From contig JBFWJS010000003.1 in the NCBI GenBank assembly GCA_050253075.1, positions 117,458 to 181,457 on the forward strand: a stretch of 64,000 nucleotides of DNA, read 5' to 3'. The notes under the pieces were generated by a model that did no database searches, was not told the DNA's origin, and saw only the letters and a list, made by a program, of their open reading frames with translations. Both the position numbers and the translations under genes were made by a program. Each line of letters opens with the position of its first letter. The stretch's first letter is position 1. Shown here piece by piece: positions 38,653-48,865 of this stretch. The DNA is from Deferribacterales bacterium. Its GTDB lineage: Bacteria > Chrysiogenota > Deferribacteres > Deferribacterales > Geovibrionaceae.

Positions 38653-40554
38653 TTACTGGTAGTACTCTGTGTATCTCTGGTTGATTATGATCTCAGCCTT
38701 TGATTTCAGGTTTGCGACATAGCTTTCTACAGCTTGTGTCGACTTTGTGCCGTAGAGTGCGGCTTTTATCTCTGCTTTTTCCTGATCTGACATCAGCGAT
38801 GTGTCAGGTTTGTATATCTCTTTCACCTGAACAAGGAAGACCTTGCTGCCCACAGTGTAGGCATCCTGTATGAACTTGCCTGCTTCGGATGTAAAGATAT
38901 CTCCCATAAGTCTCTGATTTATGCCTAGTCCTGTTATAGGATCGTTTCTCTTAAACTTAGGAGTTGTTGTATATGACTTTTTAAGCTGGTTAGCGGCATC
39001 GTCCATAGTGGCGAGCTGTGCAGCTTCTTTTGCCGTATTCTGTGCAAGCTCAAGGCTCTTAGCTTTCATAAAGTCCGCTGTGACCTGCTCTTTGATGTCG
39101 TTGAGCTCAGGGATGTATGAGTCATACTTCTCTGTCATTTCGAATATCATCTTGTCTTCGCCTACTTCCATAACCTGAGAAAGCTCAGATTTGTTCAGAA
39201 CGAGCAGTCTTGCTGCGGCGTTTGTATTGCCGAGAAGAGGAGCAACATCGCCTGCTGCGGAGAGTCCCTTGATCTCGTGAACTTCGAGTTTCTCTTCAGC
39301 ATCAGCGTTATAAGCTGTGATGTTAGACTTGTTTAATATCTGCTTGTATGTGTCGAAAACGTAAGTTCTGAAAGAAGACTGAGCCTTCTGATCTTTGATC
39401 ATAGCGGCTATTCTGTCTCTTACCTGGTCGAGGCTAGGGTTTGTCTCAGGTACGTATTCGTTTACTTTTATAATGTGGAAGCCGAACTGTGTCTTAACAA
39501 CGTCGGATATTTCACCCGGCTTTGTTTCGAATGCAGCTTTCTCGAATTCAGGAACCATCTGACCTCTGGTGAAGAAGCCGAGCTCTCCGCCTGTCTGTGC
39601 TGTGCCGTCCTGAGAGTATTTTTTAGCAAGTGCAGCGAAATCTGCCCCATTTGCCAGCTGCTCACGTATATCTTTTGCTTTTTTATAAATTTCGTTAGCT
39701 GCCATCTCGTCTGACCAGTTATCTACTTTCAGAAGGATGTGTGCGGCGCTTACTTTTTCAGCTTCTTTGAATGCATCTTTGTTCTGGATAAAGAAAGACT
39801 CGATCTCGCTGTCTGTAGCGTCGAAGCTGCCTTTGTAAGACTCGGCATTGAAAGCTACGTATTTAAAATCAGCCTTTGTAGGAACTCTGTATGCCTCTTT
39901 GTTTTCCTCGTAGAAAGCGTTGAGAGCTTCGTCTGTGAGTTCTACGCCGCCGATGAAGTCGTCTGCGGAGAGTTCAAGGTATCTGATGGATGCTTCTGTG
40001 TTTCTATAAACATATTCGAGGTCGATCTCTTTCGGACTTACCTCGACAGATTTTCTGATGAGGTCATCCATCTTCTGAAGAGTAAGGTCTCTTCTGATGC
40101 TGTCTTCGAAAATCTGCGGTGTCAGCCTGTTTCTTCCGAGGAGCTGAACATAGAGCTGCTGATCAAACTTTCCGTCTGTCTGGAAAGCCTGTACAGACTG
40201 TATCTGAGCCGCAACTTCAGCATCGGAAGCCGGAATGCCGAGCTTCTCTGCCTCGCCGCGGAGGAGTGATTCGTTTATAAGTGTGTCCATAACAGTTTTT
40301 TCGATGGAGTTACCTTCGAGAAGTTCGTCTATATTGTTACCGAAAAGCTGTCTGAACTGGTTTCTTGTATCTTCGACTCTCTGTCTGAATTCCTGATCCG
40401 TGATCATGACGCCGTTAACTTTTGCAGCGTAAAGCTGTTCCTGTGCTTTGTCGCCGACTCCCCAGACGAAGAATATTGTGCCGACAAATGCTGCGATGAT
40501 GAACCATAGGGAAAATGTGGTGAGTTTCTTTTTGTTTCGTAAGCTGGAGATCAT
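38653..40554 (-). CDS. ppiD: PpiD/SurA-family periplasmic parvulin chaperone
   Basis: N-terminal TM; SurA-N domain; parvulin motifs AAHIL, GGELGFF, TQFGFHIIK. Confidence 0.85.
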   Translation of the reverse strand: MISSLRNKKKLTTFSLWFIIAAFVGTIFFVWGVGDKAQEQLYAAKVNGVMITDQEFRQRVEDTRNQFRQLFGNNIDELLEGNSIEKTVMDTLINESLLRGEAEKLGIPASDAEVAAQIQSVQAFQTDGKFDQQLYVQLLGRNRLTPQIFEDSIRRDLTLQKMDDLIRKSVEVSPKEIDLEYVYRNTEASIRYLELSADDFIGGVELTDEALNAFYEENKEAYRVPTKADFKYVAFNAESYKGSFDATDSEIESFFIQNKDAFKEAEKVSAAHILLKVDNWSDEMAANEIYKKAKDIREQLANGADFAALAKKYSQDGTAQTGGELGFFTRGQMVPEFEKAAFETKPGEISDVVKTQFGFHIIKVNEYVPETNPSLDQVRDRIAAMIKDQKAQSSFRTYVFDTYKQILNKSNITAYNADAEEKLEVHEIKGLSAAGDVAPLLGNTNAAARLLVLNKSELSQVMEVGEDKMIFEMTEKYDSYIPELNDIKEQVTADFMKAKSLELAQNTAKEAAQLATMDDAANQLKKSYTTTPKFKRNDPITGLGINQRLMGDIFTSEAGKFIQDAYTVGSKVFLVQVKEIYKPDTSLMSDQEKAEIKAALYGTKSTQAVESYVANLKSKAEIIINQRYTEYYQ

Positions 40555-40582
40555 AATGAAATTACCTCAGATGTTGTTTAAA

Positions 40583-40688
40583 GGACCCGACAGGGTGACT
40601 CCGGCACACAGAGATGCCCACTACCGTTGCTTCCTTCCGGACCTGGCGGGGTTTGCGGGAAATCCGTTGCAGAGGCCCCATCGGGACC
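40583..40688 (-). ncRNA. ffs: Signal recognition particle 4.5S RNA
   Basis: Helix-8 motif GCCAGGTCCGGAAGGAAGCAACGG; the 5' and 3' ends pair. Confidence 0.93.
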
Positions 40689-40720
40689 ATTCTAAATAGT
40701 TTTGTTAAAACAACAAAAAG

Positions 40721-40810
40721 CGGAGAAGGAGGGATTCGAACCCTCGGTACGCGATTAACGTACACACACTTTCCAGGCGTGCTCCTTAAACCTGACTCGG
40801 ACACCTCTCC
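40721..40810 (-). tRNA. tRNA-Ser(GGA)
   Basis: GGAGAGGTGTCCGAG...CACGC CTGGAAA GTGTG; long variable arm; GTTCGAATC. Confidence 0.95.
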
Positions 40811-40824
40811 AGAAAGGAATCAAG

Positions 40825-40853
40825 TTTATATCAGCCTTTTCGCTTTCTGTCAA
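40825..40853 (-). promoter_or_regulatory. sigma70 promoter of the tRNA-Ser/ffs unit
   Basis: TTGACA-N17-TATAAA. Confidence 0.75.
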
Positions 40854-40964
40854 TAGTATACATGACAGTTTTTAATCAATTTTCTGATCAATACTGCTCA
40901 CTGCTAAACATATCACATCCTGAGATAAAATATAATCTTTTCATACTTTAAAACGGAGGAAAAA

Positions 40965-41108
40965 ATGGACGGTAAACGTGAGAACACATTACAGACATGT
41001 CTGTCTGAGGAAGAGAGAGAGGCCGTGATACGTATGGCAGAGGACGAAGGGATAAGCGTTTCGGCTTTCATACGAAGGGCTGTGCGCAGAGACATTAAAA
41101 AGAATTGA
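40965..41108 (+). CDS. Small ribbon-helix-helix (CopG-like) protein, 47 aa
   Basis: GGAGG RBS; TLQTCLSEEEREAVIRMAEDEGISVSAFIRRAV; followed by a hairpin at 41114-41142. Not in the ORF track. Confidence 0.75.
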   Translation: MDGKRENTLQTCLSEEEREAVIRMAEDEGISVSAFIRRAVRRDIKKN

Positions 41109-41140
41109 AACAGAAAACGGGCTGTTTACGGACAGCCCGT

Positions 41141-41557
41141 TTATTTCACAAGCTCCAGTTCGGCTTTCATATCTGTCTTTTCTATCAGCAGGAAATACTG
41201 CTCGGGCTTTTTCTCCTCCGGCTGTGTGCCTCCGGCGGTGACGAGTATCTTCCCGTCTTTTTTTACGACACTCTGAATATCGAGACCGCATCCTTCGCAG
41301 AAGGCGCTCCCTTTATTTATAATGAGTACTGAGTTCTTGCCGAAATCCACATCTTTCAGCGGCTGATGCTCCTTCAGAGCGCGCATCATAAGGAATGATG
41401 TATATTCCGCTTCGGAGTTTATAATCCTTGCCATCGGGGCAGGTTTGTAAAACTGGGTATCTGTGGTGATAATGGTATAATTCACAAGCGTATCTCCTGT
41501 GGCACAGGCATAAAGCATTGATAAAGATAAAAGTGTAAAAATTAATATTTTTTTCAT
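41141..41557 (-). CDS. Lipoprotein with PrcB-C-like domain
   Basis: Lipobox LYAC; VDFGKNSVLII..G......G..IQSV pattern. Confidence 0.6.
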   Translation of the reverse strand: MKKILIFTLLSLSMLYACATGDTLVNYTIITTDTQFYKPAPMARIINSEAEYTSFLMMRALKEHQPLKDVDFGKNSVLIINKGSAFCEGCGLDIQSVVKKDGKILVTAGGTQPEEKKPEQYFLLIEKTDMKAELELVK

Positions 41558-41649
41558 ACCTTCTCCATCTTAAAATCGTATATAAATTTATAACACAAAT
41601 ATAGGTACTATGATATTATATGTTATCGAAACAATTAGGAGACTAGAGT

Positions 41650-43134
41650 ATGTCTGCAAAATTAAAAATTCTATTTTTATCATTATTCATCCTCACTATG
41701 TCCACGGCTGCATTTGCTGAGGGAGCAATTGCTACGCCCCGTATCATAAACGGTACAACGGCATCTGACGGTGAATTTCCATTTCAGGTTGAACTTATGA
41801 GAGACTATGGTGCGACCTATTCAGTGTATTGCGGAGGAACGCTCATCAACAGCAGATGGGTCGTAACTGCTGCGCACTGTATCACAGAGGTCGGCGAGCC
41901 TACTCATATTATATACGGTACAAATACTATATCACCGCTTGATGAAAATCAGACTATGGCAGTGACAAACGTTTATGTCCATGAGGACTACGCCGGTGAG
42001 ACACTCGTGAACGGCAAATACTATATGGACCATGACATAGCGCTCCTTCAGCTGGCATCAGATGTGAATCTGACACCGATGGATTACTTTGCTATGGCAG
42101 GAAACCTCGGCTATGTGGTCGGCACTATGGCGACAGTTTCAGGATGGGGAACAACTGAGTCAGGGCACAGCTCAAACGTGCTTATGAAGGTTGATCTCCC
42201 GGTTTTCGACCAGACACAGTGTACAAACATATATAACGGTACAACAAACCCTGTATCCGACAACATGCTCTGCGCCGGTTATACAGACGGTACGGCTGAC
42301 TCCTGTACGGGTGACAGCGGCGGACCGCTCTTCGTACAGAACTCTAACGGCACAGATACTCTTATCGGTATAGTCAGCTTCGGCGTCGGCTGTGCAGAGG
42401 ACGGGTATCCCGGTGTTTATACAAATGTATCTGCATACATCGACTGGATAGAGTCAAAGACAGGTCTTACACTCGCAGAAGTGACTTCCGATACGACACC
42501 TTCCCTGCCTTACGGAATGGATTCTATCTCTTCAAGCTATGACATAGATGAAACAGAAAGAGTAGTAGAGACAGGAACAATAGATAATGACACGGTAGCA
42601 GTCTATGTATACGGCGGAAGCACCGTAGAGGACTACAGCATAAGCACCAGCTCTGATTTCGTATCCCTCACTCAGGACACACTGCATAAACTCAGATTTA
42701 AGCTCACACCTTCTAGTGATGGCGAGGACGCTGCTGTTATCATAGATTTCACAGGTTCGGGAGATGACGTAGCTGATTTCAACTTTTACATGTGTGACGT
42801 ATTAACTACTTTATGCAGTGAAGTAGGAACAAAAAACACCTCTGAGAACTGGGTTAGAATACTTATAGAGAACAACGGCGACTATGACTATAACGTAGAA
42901 GGGCTTGTCAGCCTGCGTACCGCTGTTTCCGACAGGGCCATAATCGATAAGATCGACGCTGACATATATGTTACCGAAGATAACACTGCCGGCAGCATAG
43001 TGGACAGCATCGGCGGCGGTGGCGGCGGCGGTTGTTCCGCATCCGGCGAAGGTTCTGCCTTCAGCTTCTTTGCTCTACTTTCACTTTGCGGGGTTTATCT
43101 CCTCAGGAGAAAGCTGGGTATAATAAGGAAGTAA
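41650..43134 (+). CDS. Trypsin-like (S1A) serine protease with C-terminal Gly-rich/Cys sorting signal
   Basis: R|IING activation site; TAAHC, DIALL, DSCTGDSGGP; tail GGGGGGGC-TM-RRK. Confidence 0.92.
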   Translation: MSAKLKILFLSLFILTMSTAAFAEGAIATPRIINGTTASDGEFPFQVELMRDYGATYSVYCGGTLINSRWVVTAAHCITEVGEPTHIIYGTNTISPLDENQTMAVTNVYVHEDYAGETLVNGKYYMDHDIALLQLASDVNLTPMDYFAMAGNLGYVVGTMATVSGWGTTESGHSSNVLMKVDLPVFDQTQCTNIYNGTTNPVSDNMLCAGYTDGTADSCTGDSGGPLFVQNSNGTDTLIGIVSFGVGCAEDGYPGVYTNVSAYIDWIESKTGLTLAEVTSDTTPSLPYGMDSISSSYDIDETERVVETGTIDNDTVAVYVYGGSTVEDYSISTSSDFVSLTQDTLHKLRFKLTPSSDGEDAAVIIDFTGSGDDVADFNFYMCDVLTTLCSEVGTKNTSENWVRILIENNGDYDYNVEGLVSLRTAVSDRAIIDKIDADIYVTEDNTAGSIVDSIGGGGGGGCSASGEGSAFSFFALLSLCGVYLLRRKLGIIRK

Positions 43135-43161
43135 TTCAGAGCATTACAAAACTTAACATTC

Positions 43162-43188
43162 AAAAGGGGGCTTTGAGCCCCCTTTTTT
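43162..43188 (+). terminator. Intrinsic terminator
   Basis: AAAAGGGGGCT-TTG-AGCCCCCTTTTTT. Confidence 0.85.
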
Positions 43189-43239
43189 GTTGCAAAAAAT
43201 AAGTTTATATATTTATTTATGGATGTACTGAATCATAAT

Positions 43240-43266
43240 GAACTTTTAGGCGGATAAAAAATCTAT
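43240..43266 (+). promoter_or_regulatory. sigmaE-type promoter (autoregulatory)
   Basis: GAACTT-N16-TCTAT upstream of rpoE. Confidence 0.75.
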
Positions 43267-43288
43267 GTTACATAAAAGCGGAGGCAAT

Positions 43289-43864
43289 GTGAAAGATTCT
43301 GCAATAATTGAAAAGGTGCTGGAGGGCGATACCCAGGCTTTTGAGATGCTCATACTGAAGCATCAGTCAAAGCTGTTTGCCACAGTGCTGAATGTTGTGA
43401 AAAACAGAGAACTCGCAGAGGATATCACGCAGGAAGCATACCTGAAAGGGTTTGACAAACTGGACACACTGAAAAACCGTGACCAGTTCTATCCTTGGCT
43501 TAAGAGGATAGCGCTTAACTTGGCTCTGAACCATTTTGAAAGAGCTAAGCGTGTTATGGATGTAGAGAGTGAAGAGGACGAGACGAGCTTTTTCGAGCGT
43601 ATCCCTGACGGGGAAAGCCCAGAAGAGCTGCTTGTCAAAGAGGAGCTTAAAAGATACGTGAGGATGTACGTGGAGGCCCTGCCTGACAAACTTCGGGTCG
43701 TTGTCGTCCTTAGAGAGATCGAAGACTTAAGCTATGAAGAGATAGCCGAAATGATGAACATACCAATAGGTACTGTTCGAAGCAGACTCTTTAACGCAAG
43801 ACAGATAATAAAAGACAGACTGATAAACCAGGGGTTGGCAGATGGACTGTACAAAATTTCATGA
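43289..43864 (+). CDS. rpoE: ECF sigma factor RpoE
   Basis: GTG start after GGAGG; AEDITQEAY, FYPWLKRIA, LSYEEIAE..GTVRSRL. Confidence 0.88.
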   Translation: MKDSAIIEKVLEGDTQAFEMLILKHQSKLFATVLNVVKNRELAEDITQEAYLKGFDKLDTLKNRDQFYPWLKRIALNLALNHFERAKRVMDVESEEDETSFFERIPDGESPEELLVKEELKRYVRMYVEALPDKLRVVVVLREIEDLSYEEIAEMMNIPIGTVRSRLFNARQIIKDRLINQGLADGLYKIS

Positions 43865-44276
43865 ATTAATTTCACTTTATATCGACGAAGAGACGAACAG
43901 TGTGCAAACACAGGCTCTTGAAAAACACATGGAGACATGCGGCGGATGCAGATCTGCTTTGACAAATCAGCTTAAGCTCCGTGATATGGTGAAAGAGTCT
44001 TTCAGCAAAACATCCGAGATCGATCTGTCTATGTCTATTATGTCTAAGCTGTCTGTTCCGTCATCGGCGAAAAAGCCGTCTATAATGAAGAAATTATCCG
44101 TATACGCAGCAGCGGCAGCAGCCGTTTGCATCATCGCCATGGCTGCAATGATGAGCCTGCATGTGGATAACAATAAAGTCGCAGGAAACGAAAAACTCGA
44201 AGAATACGTCATCGAGCATGTCGGCACAGGCCAGACCGATTTCCGCGGCGAACTCGAAACGGTGAACGCAGAATAA
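43842..44276 (+). CDS. Zinc-finger (HxxxCxxC) anti-sigma factor
   Basis: HMETCGGC; single TM. Confidence 0.85.
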   Translation: MDCTKFHELISLYIDEETNSVQTQALEKHMETCGGCRSALTNQLKLRDMVKESFSKTSEIDLSMSIMSKLSVPSSAKKPSIMKKLSVYAAAAAAVCIIAMAAMMSLHVDNNKVAGNEKLEEYVIEHVGTGQTDFRGELETVNAE

Positions 44277-45004
44277 TGAAAAAACTGATCCTGCTTTTTT
44301 GTCTTGTAGGGTTCGTAGGCTCAGCCTACTCCGCTGAGCAGGTCTATTTCAAAATTGCTGTAAACGAAAACGAATATTCTACTTTCCTTACAGACAGAAT
44401 AAGCACTCAAAAAGAAACTTTACAGCTTCTGGCGGCTAAGATGCGTCAGGAGGTGTTTCATCCCGATCATTTGAACCATGATTACTATCATGTTCACATC
44501 AGCAGCGGGATAAAATATTTCGACAGAAGTGTCGTACAGTATGACATTGTGCCCATTTACGGCGACAGATTCAGGCATTTGGTCATGGTGGACGAAAAGA
44601 ACGGCTATGTTGTGCGTAAAGAGGTTTACGACGATAACAATAAGCTGGTCTTCTCCTTCACCAGTTTGGATGAGACAGGCGAGGAGATGCCTCCGCAGGT
44701 TTCCGGCGCGGCCGCATCCGAACCCATGCATGAGTTCTATAACGGTTTTTACCTTATAGCAGACAGAGAGCTGAAAGACGGGACAAAACACATCATACTC
44801 AGCGACGGTATAAACAAGTTTTCCGTTTTTAGGAAAAATGTTTCCAGCTTTGAACCGGTTAAGCAGGAACGTGTCCTTTACGGAAATTACATTTTCAGGA
44901 AAATAGTAGGCAAAGAGCTCTACACGGCTGTGGGGACGCTCCCTTTCAAAGATATGGAGCACTTCATAGACAAGATAGCAACGCCGGAGGAATCTAAGAA
45001 ATGA
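44276..45004 (+). CDS. MucB/RseB-like periplasmic regulator
   Basis: Signal peptide; SDGINKFSVF resembles the RseB SDGLFSFSV motif; operon position. Confidence 0.7.
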   Translation: MKKLILLFCLVGFVGSAYSAEQVYFKIAVNENEYSTFLTDRISTQKETLQLLAAKMRQEVFHPDHLNHDYYHVHISSGIKYFDRSVVQYDIVPIYGDRFRHLVMVDEKNGYVVRKEVYDDNNKLVFSFTSLDETGEEMPPQVSGAAASEPMHEFYNGFYLIADRELKDGTKHIILSDGINKFSVFRKNVSSFEPVKQERVLYGNYIFRKIVGKELYTAVGTLPFKDMEHFIDKIATPEESKK

Positions 45005-46359
45005 GAAAAGTTAGCCTGATTTTACTTATCCTTTGTGTTTCTGTGACCAGCGCCCTCGCGAAAGGACCTGACGGATTCTCAGAAATCTATAAACAGACGA
45101 AAGACGCTGTGGTGAACATCTCCACAACAAAAGTAGTGACAAGAAAATCTATGTCGCACGACGACCTTTTAAGAAAATTCTTCGGGGACAATTTCCCCGG
45201 TATGCCTAACCAGCAGCAGCAGGATGATACTCCGAAAGAGTATAAGACATCTGCTCTCGGTTCAGGGTTTATAATAGACGCCAGCGGATACATCGTGACA
45301 AACAACCACGTTATAGACGGTGCAGACGAGATAATCGTAAAACTCAATGACGAGCATAAATTTGATGCGAAAGTAGTAGGGCGCGACCCGCTCACAGACC
45401 TCGCACTTATAAAGATAGAGCCAAGCGGTGTGAAGCTGAAGACTCTGCCTCTCGGCGATTCTGACAATGCCGATATAGGCGACTGGGTCGTTGCCATAGG
45501 TAACCCGCTCGGACTCGAGTGGACAATCACAGCGGGCATCATCAGTGCGAAAGGGCGTGAGCTCGGAAGCGGTCCATACGACAACTTCCTTCAGACTGAT
45601 GCATCCATCAACCCGGGTAACTCCGGCGGACCGCTGATCAACATGGACGGGGAAGTAGTTGCTATCAACACTGCCATCATCCCATCCGGTCAGGGGCTTG
45701 GGTTTGCCGTACCCGTAAATATGCTTAAAGAACTCCTGCCTAAGCTGAAGACAGGCTCTGTAAAGCGCGGCTGGCTCGGCGTGATGGTTCAGCCTATCGA
45801 CGAGAAGCTGGCGAAAGGCTTTGGCCTGAAAGAGCCTAAGGGCGCACTCATTGCAGACGTCACAAAAGGCGACCCTGCAGAGAAAGCAGGCGTTAAAGCA
45901 GGCGACGTTGTTATCAAGATAAACGGCGAAGAGATCGAAGACTCAAGAGAGCTAGTAAACAAGATCGGACGTATGAGCCCTAACGAATCAGTGACACTCA
46001 CTGTGCTCAGGGGTAAAAAGCAGACCGATATAAAAGTAAAACTCGGCGAAAGAAAAGACGGTGTAACAAAATCTGAACTAAACGAAGATACACCTGTCAT
46101 AGTAGAAAACCTGACATCTGACGAACTTGCTAAGCTCGGACTTGCGGGCGGTGTAAAGGTAACAGGTGTTGAGGGCGATTCCAATGCATATGGAGCAGGT
46201 CTCCGCAGAGGAATGGTTATAGTAGCTGTGAACCACGAGCAGGTTAGTGACGCAAGTACCTTCTCAGAGAAGTTCTCGGCTGTTAAGAAGGGCGAGGTTG
46301 TTGTTCTTCAGGTTTACCTGAGAGGAAAGACAAACTTCATCGCTTATGACAAGGACTAA
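45001..46359 (+). CDS. degP: Do/DegP-family serine endoprotease with 2 PDZ domains
   Basis: TNNHV, DLAL, NPGNSGGP, PDZ domains. Confidence 0.9.
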   Translation: MRKVSLILLILCVSVTSALAKGPDGFSEIYKQTKDAVVNISTTKVVTRKSMSHDDLLRKFFGDNFPGMPNQQQQDDTPKEYKTSALGSGFIIDASGYIVTNNHVIDGADEIIVKLNDEHKFDAKVVGRDPLTDLALIKIEPSGVKLKTLPLGDSDNADIGDWVVAIGNPLGLEWTITAGIISAKGRELGSGPYDNFLQTDASINPGNSGGPLINMDGEVVAINTAIIPSGQGLGFAVPVNMLKELLPKLKTGSVKRGWLGVMVQPIDEKLAKGFGLKEPKGALIADVTKGDPAEKAGVKAGDVVIKINGEEIEDSRELVNKIGRMSPNESVTLTVLRGKKQTDIKVKLGERKDGVTKSELNEDTPVIVENLTSDELAKLGLAGGVKVTGVEGDSNAYGAGLRRGMVIVAVNHEQVSDASTFSEKFSAVKKGEVVVLQVYLRGKTNFIAYDKD

Positions 46360-46400
46360 TAAACAAAGCAATACAAAATCTCCTGAACGTAACTGTATGG

Positions 46401-46429
46401 AAAAAGGCCGCTCAATGAGCGGCCTTTTT
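46401..46429. terminator. Bidirectional terminator
   Basis: AAAAAGGCCGCTC-AAT-GAGCGGCCTTTTT. Confidence 0.88.
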
Positions 46430-46451
46430 CACGTCTATTAATAAGTAAATC

Positions 46452-47780
46452 TTAGTTTATGTCGAACTTCTCGAGCCTGTAGAGCAGAACGTGGCGGGGG
46501 ATGCAGAGGTATTTAGCTGCTTTGCTCTTATTCCCGTCGAATTTTTCGAGGGCTTTTATCACGATATTCTTTTCCAGCTCTTCCAGATTCAGCTCGTTAT
46601 CGGGCAGATGCATATCCAGACATGACAGCATGTCGCTGCAGAACTCCGACGGGAGCATGGATTCGTCTATCTCGCCGTTTCCTCTCAGGATGCACAGCCT
46701 ATAGACAGTGTTTTCCAGTTCTCGAATATTCCCTGTCCATGAATAATTTATCAGCTTCTGCATGGCATCTTCGGAGAACGTTACCTTTGAGCCGTATTTT
46801 TTGGAAAACAGCTCCACGAGGTCTCTTATGTCCTCACGTCTCTTTGCCAGAGGCGGAACCTCCACGGGGAAGACATTCAGCCTGTAGTACAGATCCTCAC
46901 GGAAATCGCCTTTTTCAGACATTGTCTTAAGGTTTCTGTTTGTGGCGGCTATCACCCGCACATTCACCTTTACGGGGATGGCGGCGCCGACGGGCTGTAT
47001 CTCTGATTCCTGTAGGAAACGCAGCAGTTTTACCTGTATAGAGAGGGGGAGTTCGCCTATTTCGTCGAGGAAGAGCGTGCCTCCGTCTGCTTCTAGTATC
47101 TTTCCTTTGTAGTCTCTGTCTGCGGAGGTGAAAGAGCCTTTTTTATGTCCGAAGAGCTCGCTTTCGAAGAGTGCTTCGGGGACAGCCGCACAGTTCACCG
47201 TTATAAACGGTTTATCCGCTCTGCTGCTGTTGCTGTGTATCTGTTTTGCTATGAGCTCCTTACCGGTACCGCTTTCGCCCAGTACCAGCACGGGGGCATC
47301 AGTGGGGGCGACGGTATCCGCCAGCCTGAGCATCTGCATGAATGCCTCGCTCTTTCCCACCATATTCGGCGTGTTGGACTGCTTCATGTACTGCTTCATT
47401 CGGGAGTTTTCACGGCGCATCCTGCATACCTCTGCGGCATTTTTCACAGAGTTCAGCAGGTCTTCGTTTTCGAACGGCTTCGTCAGATAGTCATACGCAC
47501 CGTTCTTTATAGCTTCCACCGCATCCGGGATGTTCCCGTGGGCGGTGATTATAATCACGGGCATGTCGGGGTATAGCTTCGATGCTCTTTCCAGCACCTC
47601 GTTTCCGTCTATGCCTGGCATACGGATGTCTGTGACGAGCACTTCATACTCTTTCTCCGAGAGCATCTGCATCCCTTCGTATCCGTTCGGTGCGTGGTCG
47701 TTCTCTATCCCTTCGGATGTGAGATACATCCCCACGAGAGTAGCCAGAGATATGTTATCTTCGATAATCAAAACACTCAT
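46452..47780 (-). CDS. sigma54-dependent response regulator (NtrC/ZraR family)
   Basis: Receiver domain; GESGTGKE; GSFTSA (GAFTGA variant); Fis-type HTH. Confidence 0.92.
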   Translation of the reverse strand: MSVLIIEDNISLATLVGMYLTSEGIENDHAPNGYEGMQMLSEKEYEVLVTDIRMPGIDGNEVLERASKLYPDMPVIIITAHGNIPDAVEAIKNGAYDYLTKPFENEDLLNSVKNAAEVCRMRRENSRMKQYMKQSNTPNMVGKSEAFMQMLRLADTVAPTDAPVLVLGESGTGKELIAKQIHSNSSRADKPFITVNCAAVPEALFESELFGHKKGSFTSADRDYKGKILEADGGTLFLDEIGELPLSIQVKLLRFLQESEIQPVGAAIPVKVNVRVIAATNRNLKTMSEKGDFREDLYYRLNVFPVEVPPLAKRREDIRDLVELFSKKYGSKVTFSEDAMQKLINYSWTGNIRELENTVYRLCILRGNGEIDESMLPSEFCSDMLSCLDMHLPDNELNLEELEKNIVIKALEKFDGNKSKAAKYLCIPRHVLLYRLEKFDIN

Positions 47781-48865
47781 TTTTCCCCCTTGCTGATGCA
47801 CATGCCGAATGTACATCCGTCGCCGCTGCAAGACACCGAGAGAGTACCTCCGTGCGCCTGAGCGATCTTTTGTGCGAGAGCAAGCCCGAGCCCTGTTCCT
47901 TTTGCTTTTGTGGTGTAAAAGGGCTCAAATATCCTGTTTATTTCTTCTGTCGGGATACCTTTCCCGTTGTCTGTTATGTTGAATGTTACGGTTTCTTCCG
48001 TGATGTCTGCTGACAGCTTCAGCTTTCCTTTACCGGTCTCTTTGGCTGCCTCTATGCCGTTCATGATGATGTTCAGCAGGGCATGTTTCACGGCGTTTTT
48101 GTCCCATTTCACCGTAATGCCTTCGACATCGTGAAAGGCGTATTCTATCTCTACATCCTGTCTGGCGGCGGCCAGCTTCACCAGCTCGGACATCTCGGAT
48201 ATGAAGTGGCTGAGGCTGAACTCAGTCTTTTCATCAGAGCCGAATCTGGAATACTGCAGAAACCTGCTGATGAATTTATCCAGCTGGTCTATCTCCGTAC
48301 TGAGAATGTCTATGACCTGCTCATTCCCTTTACCTGACTTTATCAGGGATATGCCTGTCTTTATGGCTGCCAGAGGGTTTCGTATCTCGTGTGCCACACC
48401 TGCAGAGAGCTGTCCTATTGCCTTGAGCCTGTTGTCGTGGGCGACCTTGCGCTCCAGCTCCAGCATCTCCTGAGAGACCGCTTCCACCTTTTCCTTCTCT
48501 TTGCGCAGTTTACCGCCGAGTATCCCCGCTGTGAGTGCCACGGCGTATACCATCGTCACCTCTACCATCGACGGCAGGATGTGATGCGGAAAGCTGAGGT
48601 GCAGTGCGTAAATGTATGCCGAAGGGCTGTAGATAAGCGTCAGTATGACGGCAACTATCATCCCGCCCCTTAGGCGGAATCGGTATGATGCGTATATGAC
48701 TATGATATAGAAAGCGTAATAGTGAGAAATATGCACTACGGTGTGGTGTTTAGGCACACCGTAGTGAAAGTATGTAATGATGATCGTCGCAACGACAATT
48801 ACAGATATACTGATGATATTGTCTTTTATGCTATACCGCCCCTGCGGTCCTGTCTTGTTCTCCAC
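47777..48865 (-). CDS. Membrane sensor histidine kinase with His-rich input region
   Basis: YFHYGVPKHHTVVHISHYY; AHEIRNPL; DNGKG; GTGLGL. Confidence 0.9.
   Translation of the reverse strand: MENKTGPQGRYSIKDNIISISVIVVATIIITYFHYGVPKHHTVVHISHYYAFYIIVIYASYRFRLRGGMIVAVILTLIYSPSAYIYALHLSFPHHILPSMVEVTMVYAVALTAGILGGKLRKEKEKVEAVSQEMLELERKVAHDNRLKAIGQLSAGVAHEIRNPLAAIKTGISLIKSGKGNEQVIDILSTEIDQLDKFISRFLQYSRFGSDEKTEFSLSHFISEMSELVKLAAARQDVEIEYAFHDVEGITVKWDKNAVKHALLNIIMNGIEAAKETGKGKLKLSADITEETVTFNITDNGKGIPTEEINRIFEPFYTTKAKGTGLGLALAQKIAQAHGGTLSVSCSGDGCTFGMCISKGEK

Noticed and set aside
40562..40856. Two 80-aa ORFs
   Set aside because: They overlap the SRP RNA and tRNA-Ser; spurious.
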